Source: Patescibacteria group bacterium (GTDB taxonomy: Bacteria; Patescibacteriota; Minisyncoccia; 2-02-FULL-40-12; GWA2-44-9). From it: a stretch of DNA of 64,000 bases. The stretch is from contig JBBTSY010000007.1 of the NCBI GenBank assembly GCA_038064515.1, positions 18,249 to 82,248 on the forward strand, given 5' to 3'. Made by a program: the position numbers and the translations under genes. Below are positions 37,294 through 46,883 of this stretch, in pieces. The first letter of the stretch is position 1. Every line of letters starts with the position of its first letter. Below the pieces are notes generated by a model, which had not been told where the DNA came from, made no database searches, and saw nothing but the letters and a program-made list of their open reading frames with translations.

Positions 37294-39471
37294 TTAGATG
37301 TCAAGATTCTGCACGGATTTTGCATGCGTTTGGATAAATTTCTTGCGAGGCATGACTTCTGATCCCATCAGCACCTCGAAAATCCGGCTTGCTTCTTCGG
37401 CATCCTGGATGGTGATTTGATAGAGTAGCCGATTCTCCGGGTTCATGGTCGTCTCCCATAATTGCTCGGCATTCATTTCTCCAAGACCTTTATAGCGTTG
37501 AATGGAAAGGCCGGCAACCCTTACCTCCGAATTTGCATTGACATCAATACTATTGCCCTTCATCTCGGCATCGTCTCGACGAGACGGATCTATCGCTACG
37601 CCATCACTATCCAATGGCGTAACCTCCCACCCCTCCGGCACTTCATCTTTTTTCTCTTTCCCTGGCCGGACAGGATTGGCTTTTTCTTCTGCTTTTACTA
37701 TTGCCGCTCCCATGAATTGCTTCACTACTTTGTCTTTCTCTTCGTCCGAAAATACGTACTGAATCTTTCCGCCTTTAGTAATGCCATAGAGCGGCGGCTG
37801 GGCCATATAAATGTGCCCGGCGCCGATCAAAGCTGGAAAGTAGCGATAGAATAACGTTAATAACAGCGTGCGAATGTGTGCACCATCAACATCGGCATCC
37901 GTCATGATGATGACTTTATGGTAGCGAAGTTTTGTAATATCAAACTCTTCCGCAATCGCGGTTCCCATGGCAATGATAAGATTACGGACTTGTTCCGAGG
38001 CAAGCATTTTATCAATGCGGGCTTTCTCGACGTTTAAAATTTTCCCGCGTAGCGGCAGGATTGCCTGCGTGCGACGGTCGCGACCCATTTTTGATGACCC
38101 GCCAGCCGAATCACCCTCAACGATAAAAAGTTCCGATTCGGATGGATCGCGACTTGAGCAATCGGCAAGCTTGCCCGGCAGGGTCATTCCTTCCAGCGCG
38201 CCTTTGCGTAAGACTGTTTCGCGGGCCGCTTTCGCCGCCATTCGAGCTTTGGAAGCCAAAAGCACCTTTTCCATAATAGCTCGACCGTCATTGGGGTTGC
38301 GCTCCAGCCAATCGGCAAATTCAACATTCATAACCGTTTCTACCGCTGTACGGGCATCGGGCGTACCTAGCTTGGCTTTTGTCTGGCCCTCGAACTGCGG
38401 ATCTCGCAACTTCACCGAGATAATCGTCGTTAAGCCTTCACGGGCATCATCACCGGTAAGGTTTTCGTCTTTTTCTTTCAAGAAGCCATTTCGCCGAGCG
38501 TAATCGTTAAGCGTGCGGGTAATGGCCGATTTGAAACCAGTCATGTGCATACCGCCTTCGACCGTATGGATATTATTCGCAAAACTGATTTCAGTCGTTG
38601 AGAGTTCATCGACATATTGCAGAGCAATTTCTACCTGAATATTTTGCTGCTCTTTTTCTGTATAGAAAATATTTGGATGCTTCGCATCTTCATTGCGGTT
38701 AAGGAAATTAACGTATGAAATAAGACCGCCCTCAAAATAAAACGTGTAAGTAGGGGTCTGCTCCTCTGTACCGCCTACTTTTACCGGCTCCCGCGCATCG
38801 ACAATCGAAATCTTTACGCCTTTACTAAGATATGCCTGCTGACGAAGGTGATGAAGAATTTCTTCAACATTAAGATTGCGATCCAAAAAAATCATCGGAT
38901 CAGGCTCAAAGGTAATAATTGTACCGGTTGTTTTTGACGTACCGACTTTCTTCACGGGCTTTTTCGGATTCCCCCGTTCATATTCCTGTTCATAAAGAGC
39001 GCCGTCGCGCATGACTTCCGCTTTCAAATAAGAAGATAGTGCGTTGACAACCGAGACGCCAACGCCATGAAGACCGCCTGAAACTTTGTATGCGCCGTCG
39101 CTAAACTTACCGCCGGCATGCAGGACTGTCATGACCGTCTCCAAGGTGGAGACGCCGGTCTGTTTGTGCTTCTCAATGGGAATGCCGCGGCCATCATCTC
39201 TTACTTGAACGCGATAGTTAGGCAATAGGGTAACTTCGATATTTTTAGCGAAGCCGGCCATTGCTTCATCGAGTGAATTATCAAAAACTTCCCAGACAAG
39301 GTGGTGCAAGCCAGCAGGACCGGTTGAACCGATGTACATGCCGGGACGCTTTCTGACCGGCTCTAAACCCTCAAGAACTTGAATGTCTTGAGCCGTATAG
39401 GAGGCCTGCCCGTCATTGACTTTCGCCGCAGGCGATGGCAGGCGGGAATTTTTTGGCTTGTTATCTGCCAT
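37294..39471 (-). CDS. gyrB: DNA gyrase subunit B
   Basis: VRKRPGMYIG, GGLHGVG, EGDSAGG, PLRGK, DADVDG, YKGLGEM. Confidence 0.97.
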   Translation of the reverse strand: MADNKPKNSRLPSPAAKVNDGQASYTAQDIQVLEGLEPVRKRPGMYIGSTGPAGLHHLVWEVFDNSLDEAMAGFAKNIEVTLLPNYRVQVRDDGRGIPIEKHKQTGVSTLETVMTVLHAGGKFSDGAYKVSGGLHGVGVSVVNALSSYLKAEVMRDGALYEQEYERGNPKKPVKKVGTSKTTGTIITFEPDPMIFLDRNLNVEEILHHLRQQAYLSKGVKISIVDAREPVKVGGTEEQTPTYTFYFEGGLISYVNFLNRNEDAKHPNIFYTEKEQQNIQVEIALQYVDELSTTEISFANNIHTVEGGMHMTGFKSAITRTLNDYARRNGFLKEKDENLTGDDAREGLTTIISVKLRDPQFEGQTKAKLGTPDARTAVETVMNVEFADWLERNPNDGRAIMEKVLLASKARMAAKAARETVLRKGALEGMTLPGKLADCSSRDPSESELFIVEGDSAGGSSKMGRDRRTQAILPLRGKILNVEKARIDKMLASEQVRNLIIAMGTAIAEEFDITKLRYHKVIIMTDADVDGAHIRTLLLTLFYRYFPALIGAGHIYMAQPPLYGITKGGKIQYVFSDEEKDKVVKQFMGAAIVKAEEKANPVRPGKEKKDEVPEGWEVTPLDSDGVAIDPSRRDDAEMKGNSIDVNANSEVRVAGLSIQRYKGLGEMNAEQLWETTMNPENRLLYQITIQDAEEASRIFEVLMGSEVMPRKKFIQTHAKSVQNLDI

Positions 39472-39674
39472 ATTTCAAACCAGCATCCCGCCGGAGGCGG
39501 GACTCACTTTGGTACTTAATTGTAGCATTTTCCGGACGTTAAAGCAATGGCAAAAAAACATTTTCATCGTATGAAAAAGCGTGTGAAATCTATTGACAGT
39601 TATTCCATATATGGTATTCAATAGATGGTACTATTGCGGTAAAAAGGGGCTCTCATCCCCCTTAAAGGTGCTAC

Positions 39675-40685
39675 ATGAAAAGCAAAAACGTCACTCCCCT
39701 TCTCGGGCAGGTCCTGCAAAAAATCGCACTCAAGATCGGTGCGACGGTTGTGATGGAGCCCGAGTGGGGCATCGTAGGGCAGATCACCTTCAGGAACGGG
39801 CGCAGACGCTACTTTCGATACTCCAGTCTCGACCTGAACTCGATGGGCGCATCGGAGATCGCTAAGGACAAGGACTACGCGAACTTCTTCATGGGTCGCA
39901 TGGGATATCCAACAGTCTCGGGCAAGACGTTCTTTTCCAAGGAATGGGCACGGGCCATCGGTTCGCGTCGAGACATCGATGCCGCCTACCACTACGCTGT
40001 CGGACTCGGGTTCCCTGTCGTCGTAAAGCCGAACAGCGGCAGCCAAGGCATGGGTGTCTCATTCGTGTATACGAAGCGCGAGTTCTACCGAGCCATGCGT
40101 TTCGTATTCAGCAGTGACCGCGTGGGCTTGGTCCAGCGCATCGTCAGCGGCAGAGATTACCGGGTCGTTGTCATGGATAACCGAGTGATCTCCGCCTACG
40201 AGCGCACTCCCCTCAACGTCATCGGTGATGGAAGGTCCACCATCCGGCAGCTCTTGCAAAAAAAGCAAAGGCGATTCATCGCCTCGAGCAGGGACACGCG
40301 TATCAAGCTGGATGACCCGCGGATCGCCGAGAAGCTTGAACGGCAACGGTTGAGCTTCCGGTCAATTCCCGCCCGCAGGAAACACATCTATCTGCTCGAC
40401 AACGCGAATTTGTCATCGGGCGGAGACTCGCGCGATGTGACATCACAGATGCACCCTACGTTCAAGAAGCTCGCCATTCGGTTGACGCGAGACATGGGCC
40501 TTCGCCTGTGCGGCGTCGATCTCATGGTCGCTGGAGACATCAGCAAGCGCCCAGGTACGTACTGGGTTCTTGAGGTCAACTCTGCTCCCGGCCTCGATCA
40601 CTACGCCAAGATGGGCCGCACGCAGGAGAAAATCGTCGAGGAACTCTACCTCGAAGTCCTGAAAAGCTTGGAGAGGAGGCCATGA
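39675..40685 (+). CDS. stand-alone ATP-grasp ligase (cyanophycin synthetase-like domain)
   Basis: VVKPNSGSQG, DYRV, ANLSSGG, GVDL, LEVNSAPG. Confidence 0.8.
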   Translation: MKSKNVTPLLGQVLQKIALKIGATVVMEPEWGIVGQITFRNGRRRYFRYSSLDLNSMGASEIAKDKDYANFFMGRMGYPTVSGKTFFSKEWARAIGSRRDIDAAYHYAVGLGFPVVVKPNSGSQGMGVSFVYTKREFYRAMRFVFSSDRVGLVQRIVSGRDYRVVVMDNRVISAYERTPLNVIGDGRSTIRQLLQKKQRRFIASSRDTRIKLDDPRIAEKLERQRLSFRSIPARRKHIYLLDNANLSSGGDSRDVTSQMHPTFKKLAIRLTRDMGLRLCGVDLMVAGDISKRPGTYWVLEVNSAPGLDHYAKMGRTQEKIVEELYLEVLKSLERRP

Positions 40686-40739
40686 CCCTTGGGTGCCGGA
40701 GCAAGAGACTCCGGCATCATCTTTTTCATAATGATCCCC

Positions 40740-41198
40740 ATGCACAAAGATATTTCATTGCAAAAATTAGCACACATCCTTGCTACGCATACGGCATCCA
40801 TTCGTTACCGTCCTCTCGCAGGAGAAGTTGATTATACTTCTTGTGAATTGCTCGTACCTGTGCTCGAACAGAGCACGCTCGTCCCAAATACAAGCGGGAC
40901 CGATCCCCTTCTCTGGGCAGCATTCTACACATCTCACTATCGGAATTCTGCCCCCTGCATTTTGATCCCCGGTAATCGTTTTGATATGAAAGGAGCCCGT
41001 TATGGGCGAGGTATGGGATGGTACGACCGTTTTCTTACTGCGATACCGCCCAACTGGCTCCGTATAGGAATCGCAAACCAAACACAACTTTCCCCAACTC
41101 CGCTTGTGCGGCAACCATGGGATGAGCCTGTGGATTGGATCATCGTACGCGACGGATCTTCTTGGAAGGTTTATGAGACCCGCGCGCGGCATCTCTGA
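40740..41198 (+). CDS. 5-formyltetrahydrofolate cyclo-ligase-like protein
   Basis: IPG..FD..G.RYGRGMGWYDRFL, PWDEPVD. Confidence 0.8.
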   Translation: MHKDISLQKLAHILATHTASIRYRPLAGEVDYTSCELLVPVLEQSTLVPNTSGTDPLLWAAFYTSHYRNSAPCILIPGNRFDMKGARYGRGMGWYDRFLTAIPPNWLRIGIANQTQLSPTPLVRQPWDEPVDWIIVRDGSSWKVYETRARHL

Positions 41199-41889
41199 AT
41201 GCCCCAGCATAAATATCCGCCCCTGGTGATATTACAAGATTTGCATGCGCTGGGCGAGCAGATTTCTGTTTTATATTTATAAAATGAACAGGAGCATCTC
41301 GAATGATAGCTATCGGTGTTTGTTCGTCGCCTTCCCCCATGATGAAAACCGCACTAGCCGCAAGCGCATCGGCAACATTGCTTTGCGTAAAACGGCCCTT
41401 TCTTCCGAAGAGATCTTTTTCTCCAATGTAACTTTTCAGCGGCTCGAATCCTGCGTACCCGATCGCTCGGCCAATCGTGCCAACGCGAAGCGGCACGCTT
41501 TTTGTATCCGTGATCAGCACGCCAAGATGCTTGTGTGAAAAATGACGAACAAATTTTTTGCGGATTGCTTCTGCAGTTTTTTGAGCATTTTTTGGGAGGA
41601 GAATAATGCCGCCGTTTGCATTGGATTCATCAGCACCCGCGTTGATACACCATCCATCGTGAGTAAGCGTAAGAAACGCCCACGGCGTTTCGATGACTTT
41701 GAGCGAATCGCGATAAATCAACGTCGTGCGGGCCGAGAGAGGAGCAATTCTGCCTTGCGATAAAGCAACGATTTTTGACGTAATCGCGACAATATCACCT
41801 TCCCAAAGTACGGGCACATGATGAGTAATGAACTTGATAAGATCATCACCGGCTTCAAAAAGGGGCGTTCTGATGCCAATAATATCCAT
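41140..41889 (-). CDS. CofE-like (coenzyme F420-0:L-glutamate ligase family) protein
   Basis: ITSKIVA, NAGADESN, ITDT, DLFGR, MGEGDEQTP. Confidence 0.85.
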   Translation of the reverse strand: MDIIGIRTPLFEAGDDLIKFITHHVPVLWEGDIVAITSKIVALSQGRIAPLSARTTLIYRDSLKVIETPWAFLTLTHDGWCINAGADESNANGGIILLPKNAQKTAEAIRKKFVRHFSHKHLGVLITDTKSVPLRVGTIGRAIGYAGFEPLKSYIGEKDLFGRKGRFTQSNVADALAASAVFIMGEGDEQTPIAIIRDAPVHFINIKQKSARPAHANLVISPGADIYAGAFRDAARGSHKPSKKIRRVR

Positions 41890-41914
41890 AAGGTGTTATT
41901 AATCCCGATATAAA

Positions 41915-43054
41915 CTACCTCAAATCCGCATGGAAAACTTGGGCTGTTTGATCGTATACCTTCTTCTGAATAGGGTCGATTTCTTCAGTCGTGAGAGTCC
42001 GATCCGTACTGCGATACGTGATGCGGTACGTATAGCTCATTTTGTCCGCGCCGAATTTCTTCGCATTCTCATAGTTGTCGAGGAGCTGGACTTCCTCGAC
42101 GAGGTCGCCGCCAATATCGCGAATGAGGTCAAAGTAGTTATTGGGTACGAAATCGTTCTTTACGACAAATGAGATATCGCGGACAATCGGCGGATATTTG
42201 CTTACCGACACATATTTATTACCTAGTTTCAGCTGCCGCTTGACTCGTTCATCCTGTGACCAAAAAAGGCGCATGTCAGGCAAACTCATACTAGCCATTG
42301 CTAAACGCTCCAGACCGGGTCCAAATGCCCAGCCATTATATTCATTCGGGTCAACACCAAAATTTTCTAGCACCGCTCCTTTTACCACGCCCGAACCTAA
42401 AACCTCTAACCAGCGGCCCCCAACCTCTATTTCCATTTCTAAACTAGGATCAGTATAAGGGAACTGATCGGTATTGAAACGGTGTTTTACGTCCTTACCA
42501 TAAATCGCCCCAGCCATTTCTGACAATACATCCTGTAAATCTTGTATCACGATGACGTGATCTTTTTTGCGGCATAAGTACCAACCGTCAATTTGATGGA
42601 ACACGGGCATATGAAAACGATCAATCTCGTCTTTCCGGTAAACCTTACCGTATGAGAGAGCGCCAACAGGCTGACCATTTTTAATTTTCTCCCTCACTTC
42701 CGGCAAATTCAAATGATAATACCACATCACCGTAGTGTGGGTTCGCAAAATGTGGTCTTTATCAACGAAGTAAGTATCTGACGGGGTCCTAGCCGGGTGG
42801 TCTGCTGGGAAGTTGAATAAATCAAAACTTATATCACATCTTACGATCTCTGGCACTTTCAAAACCTCAAAGTCAGCAAATCGTGGCAAACTCAATACAC
42901 GCTCTACAAGCTCCGCCAAAGGACTGCCCGGCGTACGGGACAGATCTGGCATGGCAAGATACCGTTTCAGACGCTCGCTCAACGGATCATGCTTATTCAC
43001 CAACTCTTTTTGCAATTCCTGCTCCTCCGGAGAATCAATAGTAATATGGCTCAT
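41915..43054 (-). CDS. pheS: single-chain phenylalanine--tRNA ligase (catalytic domain + FDX-ACB)
   Basis: HPAR, LRTHT, FHQIDG, FPYTDPS, GWAFG, then SKYPPIVRDISF...YRSTDRTLT anticodon-binding domain. Confidence 0.9.
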   Translation of the reverse strand: MSHITIDSPEEQELQKELVNKHDPLSERLKRYLAMPDLSRTPGSPLAELVERVLSLPRFADFEVLKVPEIVRCDISFDLFNFPADHPARTPSDTYFVDKDHILRTHTTVMWYYHLNLPEVREKIKNGQPVGALSYGKVYRKDEIDRFHMPVFHQIDGWYLCRKKDHVIVIQDLQDVLSEMAGAIYGKDVKHRFNTDQFPYTDPSLEMEIEVGGRWLEVLGSGVVKGAVLENFGVDPNEYNGWAFGPGLERLAMASMSLPDMRLFWSQDERVKRQLKLGNKYVSVSKYPPIVRDISFVVKNDFVPNNYFDLIRDIGGDLVEEVQLLDNYENAKKFGADKMSYTYRITYRSTDRTLTTEEIDPIQKKVYDQTAQVFHADLR

Positions 43055-43056
43055 GG

Positions 43057-43572
43057 TTATGATTGGGGTTCTGATTCCTTCTTATGCACAGTCTTAAGCT
43101 CTTTTTGGCCTAGTTCAATTGCCAGTTTATTTCGTACCCAGCCATAGAAGTGCTTTACGGATTCCTTCGCTTCCGGCGAGCTGACATCGTACAGTTTCTG
43201 AAGTTCATCTGCTTCGGGCAAATCATTAATTAAAAGTTGATTCTGCTGGAGCGCATGAAACACGGCGAGATCTTGGAAGCTAAGATGAAACGCATTGATC
43301 ATCCCAAGCTCGTGCTCATTGGTCTCTGCAACTATCTTTTCGAGCTCGTTACGATACCTTTCGTAACGGGTGATGAGCTGATTGATTAAATCATGATGAA
43401 ACTTTTTTACTGACGGAAAGGGATGCGCAGGCCGAGCCTGAATCGCTTCATCCATAGTAAGCGTTCCCTCACAATACTTCTGAAACAGTGCTCGTTCTAT
43501 ATCGCTTGCATCTTCGGGCAACTGCAATTCATCTACTGATGATTTTTGGTTGGGTTCTTTTTCTGGATTCAT
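43057..43572 (-). CDS. hypothetical protein
   Basis: 171-aa ORF between tRNA-Asp and pheS. Confidence 0.65.
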   Translation of the reverse strand: MNPEKEPNQKSSVDELQLPEDASDIERALFQKYCEGTLTMDEAIQARPAHPFPSVKKFHHDLINQLITRYERYRNELEKIVAETNEHELGMINAFHLSFQDLAVFHALQQNQLLINDLPEADELQKLYDVSSPEAKESVKHFYGWVRNKLAIELGQKELKTVHKKESEPQS

Positions 43573-43578
43573 AATTTG

Positions 43579-43652
43579 CGCGGGCGGCCGGATTCGAACC
43601 GGTGACCTCTTCCGTGACAGGGAAGCGCTCTAACCAGCTGAGCTACGCCCGC
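43579..43652 (-). tRNA. tRNA-Asp(GTC)
   Basis: GCGGGCG acceptor stem, TAGCTCAGCTGGTTAGAGC D-arm, CTGTCAC anticodon loop, GGTTCGAATCC, G discriminator. Confidence 0.95.
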
Positions 43653-43759
43653 AATTGCTTACTTTTTTCCAAAAACTCAAGATTAGCTTACCTGATTTCA
43701 GGTAAAATGGGAATAGCTTTAGATCCCGAATAATTGACATAATCCAAGATCAATTATTA

Positions 43760-45565
43760 TTAATCCAAATACCCTTTTGCCTGCTTGCGGAACATGCGGG
43801 CGTAGATGCCATCCATCGCCATGAGCGATTTGTGATTCCCTTCCTCTGCAATCATCCCATCTTTGAGCACGATAATTTTATCGGCGTTCCGTACCGTAGA
43901 AAAGCGGTGCGAGATCAAAATGAGCGTCTTATGCTTATACGTGCGGTACAGGTTGTCAAAAATTTGTGCTTCAGCTTCGGCATCGATCGCCGATGTCGGT
44001 TCGTCCAAAATGAGGATTGGTGCCGCCTCATAGAACGCCCGTGCCAGCGCAAGTTTCTGCCACTGTCCTTGAGAGAGCTCCGCGGAATCCTCAAAGCGTT
44101 TACCTAAACGCTGTTCATACTTTTTCGGAAGTGCTTCAATGAATTCGGCGGCGCCGGACTGCTCTGCCGCGTTCCACATTTTCTTTTCGTCAATGAGTTC
44201 TGGATTGCCCAGAAGGACATTGTCCTTAATAGACAGCGAAAACTTCACGAAATCCTGAAAAAGGATGCTTACAAATCGATACCAATTGCTAGACTGAACA
44301 TCCTTTAGGTCAACGTCATTCACCAGAATCTGCCCCCGTGAGGGATCATAGAATCGCAAGAGTAGGCTGATAAGCGTTGTTTTGCCCGCGCCGTTGGGAC
44401 CAACAATCGCCAGATGCTGACCAGGCTCCAGCGAAAATGAAATATCTTTGAGTACTTCGGGGCTTTTGGCATCATAGCGAAAACTGACGTTCTGAAACTC
44501 AATTTTGGGCGGTCTAATCTCTGCGAAAGCGAAGCCGGGATTTTTCTCAGGAACAATCTTGGGCAGATCGAGGACAGCAAAGTAGAAACCAACATAGAGG
44601 TTCTGCTCAAAGAGTTTACTGATCTGACCCACCATTTCCTGGGAGCTTTGAGAGATACGATCCAGCATTTGTATATAGAAAGTAAAAGTACCGAGTGTGA
44701 TCGCACCCGCGGTAACCGCCGGCAACTTCAGGTATGCCAATATGAATAGTATCCCGATTTCAAAGACAATCGCCAGAAAAAAATTGGGCAGAGAACCACG
44801 AAGCGGTTTGCGCGTTGATTCATAAAGGAACTCCTGGAGTTTACGAATGCGGGCGATCAATGCCGAACTGGCCTGAGCAACTTTCAGCTCCTTGATGTCA
44901 GAGGGGTCATCAAAGAGTCCTTGCAGGTACATCAACTCTTTCTGTTCAATAGTGTTTTTGTCATACCGAGCCCATTCAACTTTAATATATCTGTTCCGAT
45001 AGAAGAACCGGGGAACGGTTGCCAGTCCCATCGCCAAAGGAATCCAGAAGCCGAACGGGATCAACACAATGAACGAACCAATGAGGGTGCCTAATGACGT
45101 GATGCTGTAAAAAAGGAAGTAGAAGAAATTGATGAGCCGCCAAGGGTATGCTTGCCGGGCTTTAATGATGAGATTCTGCGTTTCCGGATCCTCAAAATGC
45201 GGAATGTCCAACTGCGACAGCTTTGTAATGAATCGCAGTACCAGCGCATTATCAATCTTGTGTTCAAAGAGGTTGTCCAGGTACTCATAGTGGAATGTGG
45301 CTCGCAGGTTCGCGAACAAGTCCAAGACGTAACGAAACGCGAACAGTGACAAAAGCGTCGTTGTAACTGCCATAGCCGCATTTTGCGTCTTAATGATCTC
45401 GTCAATGACGAGTTTAAAAATGTAGCTGAAGGCGATCGGAACAACGGCGGCCAGAAGTACAAGAGCGACGAGTACGATAAACATAAACCGATCCGCCTGC
45501 CATGCGACGGAGATGATGCGCTTAGCGTTCTTGACGAACTGCTTGAGAGCGTCGGTTCGGGACAT
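43760..45565 (-). CDS. ABC exporter, fused permease/ATPase
   Basis: TM helices, GPNGAGKT, LSQGQWQK, LDEPTS. Confidence 0.93.
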   Translation of the reverse strand: MSRTDALKQFVKNAKRIISVAWQADRFMFIVLVALVLLAAVVPIAFSYIFKLVIDEIIKTQNAAMAVTTTLLSLFAFRYVLDLFANLRATFHYEYLDNLFEHKIDNALVLRFITKLSQLDIPHFEDPETQNLIIKARQAYPWRLINFFYFLFYSITSLGTLIGSFIVLIPFGFWIPLAMGLATVPRFFYRNRYIKVEWARYDKNTIEQKELMYLQGLFDDPSDIKELKVAQASSALIARIRKLQEFLYESTRKPLRGSLPNFFLAIVFEIGILFILAYLKLPAVTAGAITLGTFTFYIQMLDRISQSSQEMVGQISKLFEQNLYVGFYFAVLDLPKIVPEKNPGFAFAEIRPPKIEFQNVSFRYDAKSPEVLKDISFSLEPGQHLAIVGPNGAGKTTLISLLLRFYDPSRGQILVNDVDLKDVQSSNWYRFVSILFQDFVKFSLSIKDNVLLGNPELIDEKKMWNAAEQSGAAEFIEALPKKYEQRLGKRFEDSAELSQGQWQKLALARAFYEAAPILILDEPTSAIDAEAEAQIFDNLYRTYKHKTLILISHRFSTVRNADKIIVLKDGMIAEEGNHKSLMAMDGIYARMFRKQAKGYLD

Positions 45566-46881
45566 TATTTTCTTTCTTTGAGGGAAGACGCAATATCCTG
45601 GATGCCGATCCGTTCCTGTGCCATTGAATCCCGATCACGGATGGTGACGGTATCGTCTTCGAGAGTTTGGAAATCAACGGTAATGCAGTATGGCGTGCCG
45701 ATCTCATCTTGGGCGTAGTAGCGTTTGCCGATGTTACCGCGATCATCCCAAGCAACCATGAACTCCTCTCGCAGTGAGTCGTATATTTCTTTCGCCTTTA
45801 CAACAAGCTCTGGTTTGTTTTTAAGCAGTGGAAACACGGCCGCCTTATACGGCGCGAGTTTAAATGGAAGTTTGAGTACAACACGTTCGTCTTCTTCTCG
45901 ATACGAATCCAGGAGCAAGAAGAGCATCGAGCGATCGACTCCCGCCGATGTTTCGATGTCCCACGGGATATAATTCTCATTTGTTTCAGGATCTCGATAG
46001 TTCATATCCTGACCAGAGAACTCTTGGTGGCGTCGGAGATCCCAATCCGCTCGGTGGTGAATACCCATCACCTCTTGCCAGCCCCATGGGCTGTCATATT
46101 CAATGTCAGTTGCGGCACGAGCATAGTGGGCCCGCTCATCATCTGCATGATCTCGAAAACGAAGACTTTCTTTTTTAAATCCTAAGGAAAGATACCAGTC
46201 CATCCGATTCTGCTTCCAGTATTCAAACCACTTCTTTCCCTCGGCCTCATCAGGCTTGATGTAATACTGAACTTCCATCTGTTCGAATTCTCGGGAACGG
46301 TATGTAAATCCTCCCGGCGTAATCTCGTTTCGAAAGGCTTTTCCGATTTGGGCAATACCAAATGGAATTTTAACTCGTGTCGAGTCGACAACATTCTTGA
46401 AATTCACTTGTACGCCGTTCGTTATTTCTCCGCGTAGGAAAATTTGGCCTTGTTCTCCTTCGATAACTCCGAGATACGCTTTTACAAGCAAATTAAACTG
46501 GCGGGGTTCAGTCCATTCAACTTTTTTGCCCGAGTGCGTCTGCTCATGCGCCTTGATCTCGTCTGGCTTGTCGGCTCGAAATCGCTGGTGGCAAGTTTTA
46601 CACTCTACCAACGGGTCGGAGAAAGAAGTAACGTGGCCGCTTGCTTCCCATGCTTTGGGATTCATCATAATAGCCGCATCCACACCGACAACGTCGTCGC
46701 GCAGTTGGACCATATCTTTCCACCAAAGGTCCTTAATATTCTTTTTTAATAGTGCCCCCGCTGGTCCGTAATCCCAGGTACCGCGAAGACCGCCATAAAT
46801 TTCCGATCCGGGAAAAACAAACCCCCGCCGCTTGCAGAGTGAAACAATTTTTTCGAGAAGATTTTGATTTGAAGTAGTCAT
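45565..46881 (-). CDS. glyQS: glycine--tRNA ligase, alpha2 type
   Basis: CKRRGF, EIYGG, FRNEITP, REFEQME, IGKRY..QDEIGTP. Confidence 0.95.
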   Translation of the reverse strand: MTTSNQNLLEKIVSLCKRRGFVFPGSEIYGGLRGTWDYGPAGALLKKNIKDLWWKDMVQLRDDVVGVDAAIMMNPKAWEASGHVTSFSDPLVECKTCHQRFRADKPDEIKAHEQTHSGKKVEWTEPRQFNLLVKAYLGVIEGEQGQIFLRGEITNGVQVNFKNVVDSTRVKIPFGIAQIGKAFRNEITPGGFTYRSREFEQMEVQYYIKPDEAEGKKWFEYWKQNRMDWYLSLGFKKESLRFRDHADDERAHYARAATDIEYDSPWGWQEVMGIHHRADWDLRRHQEFSGQDMNYRDPETNENYIPWDIETSAGVDRSMLFLLLDSYREEDERVVLKLPFKLAPYKAAVFPLLKNKPELVVKAKEIYDSLREEFMVAWDDRGNIGKRYYAQDEIGTPYCITVDFQTLEDDTVTIRDRDSMAQERIGIQDIASSLKERK

Positions 46882-46883
46882 GA

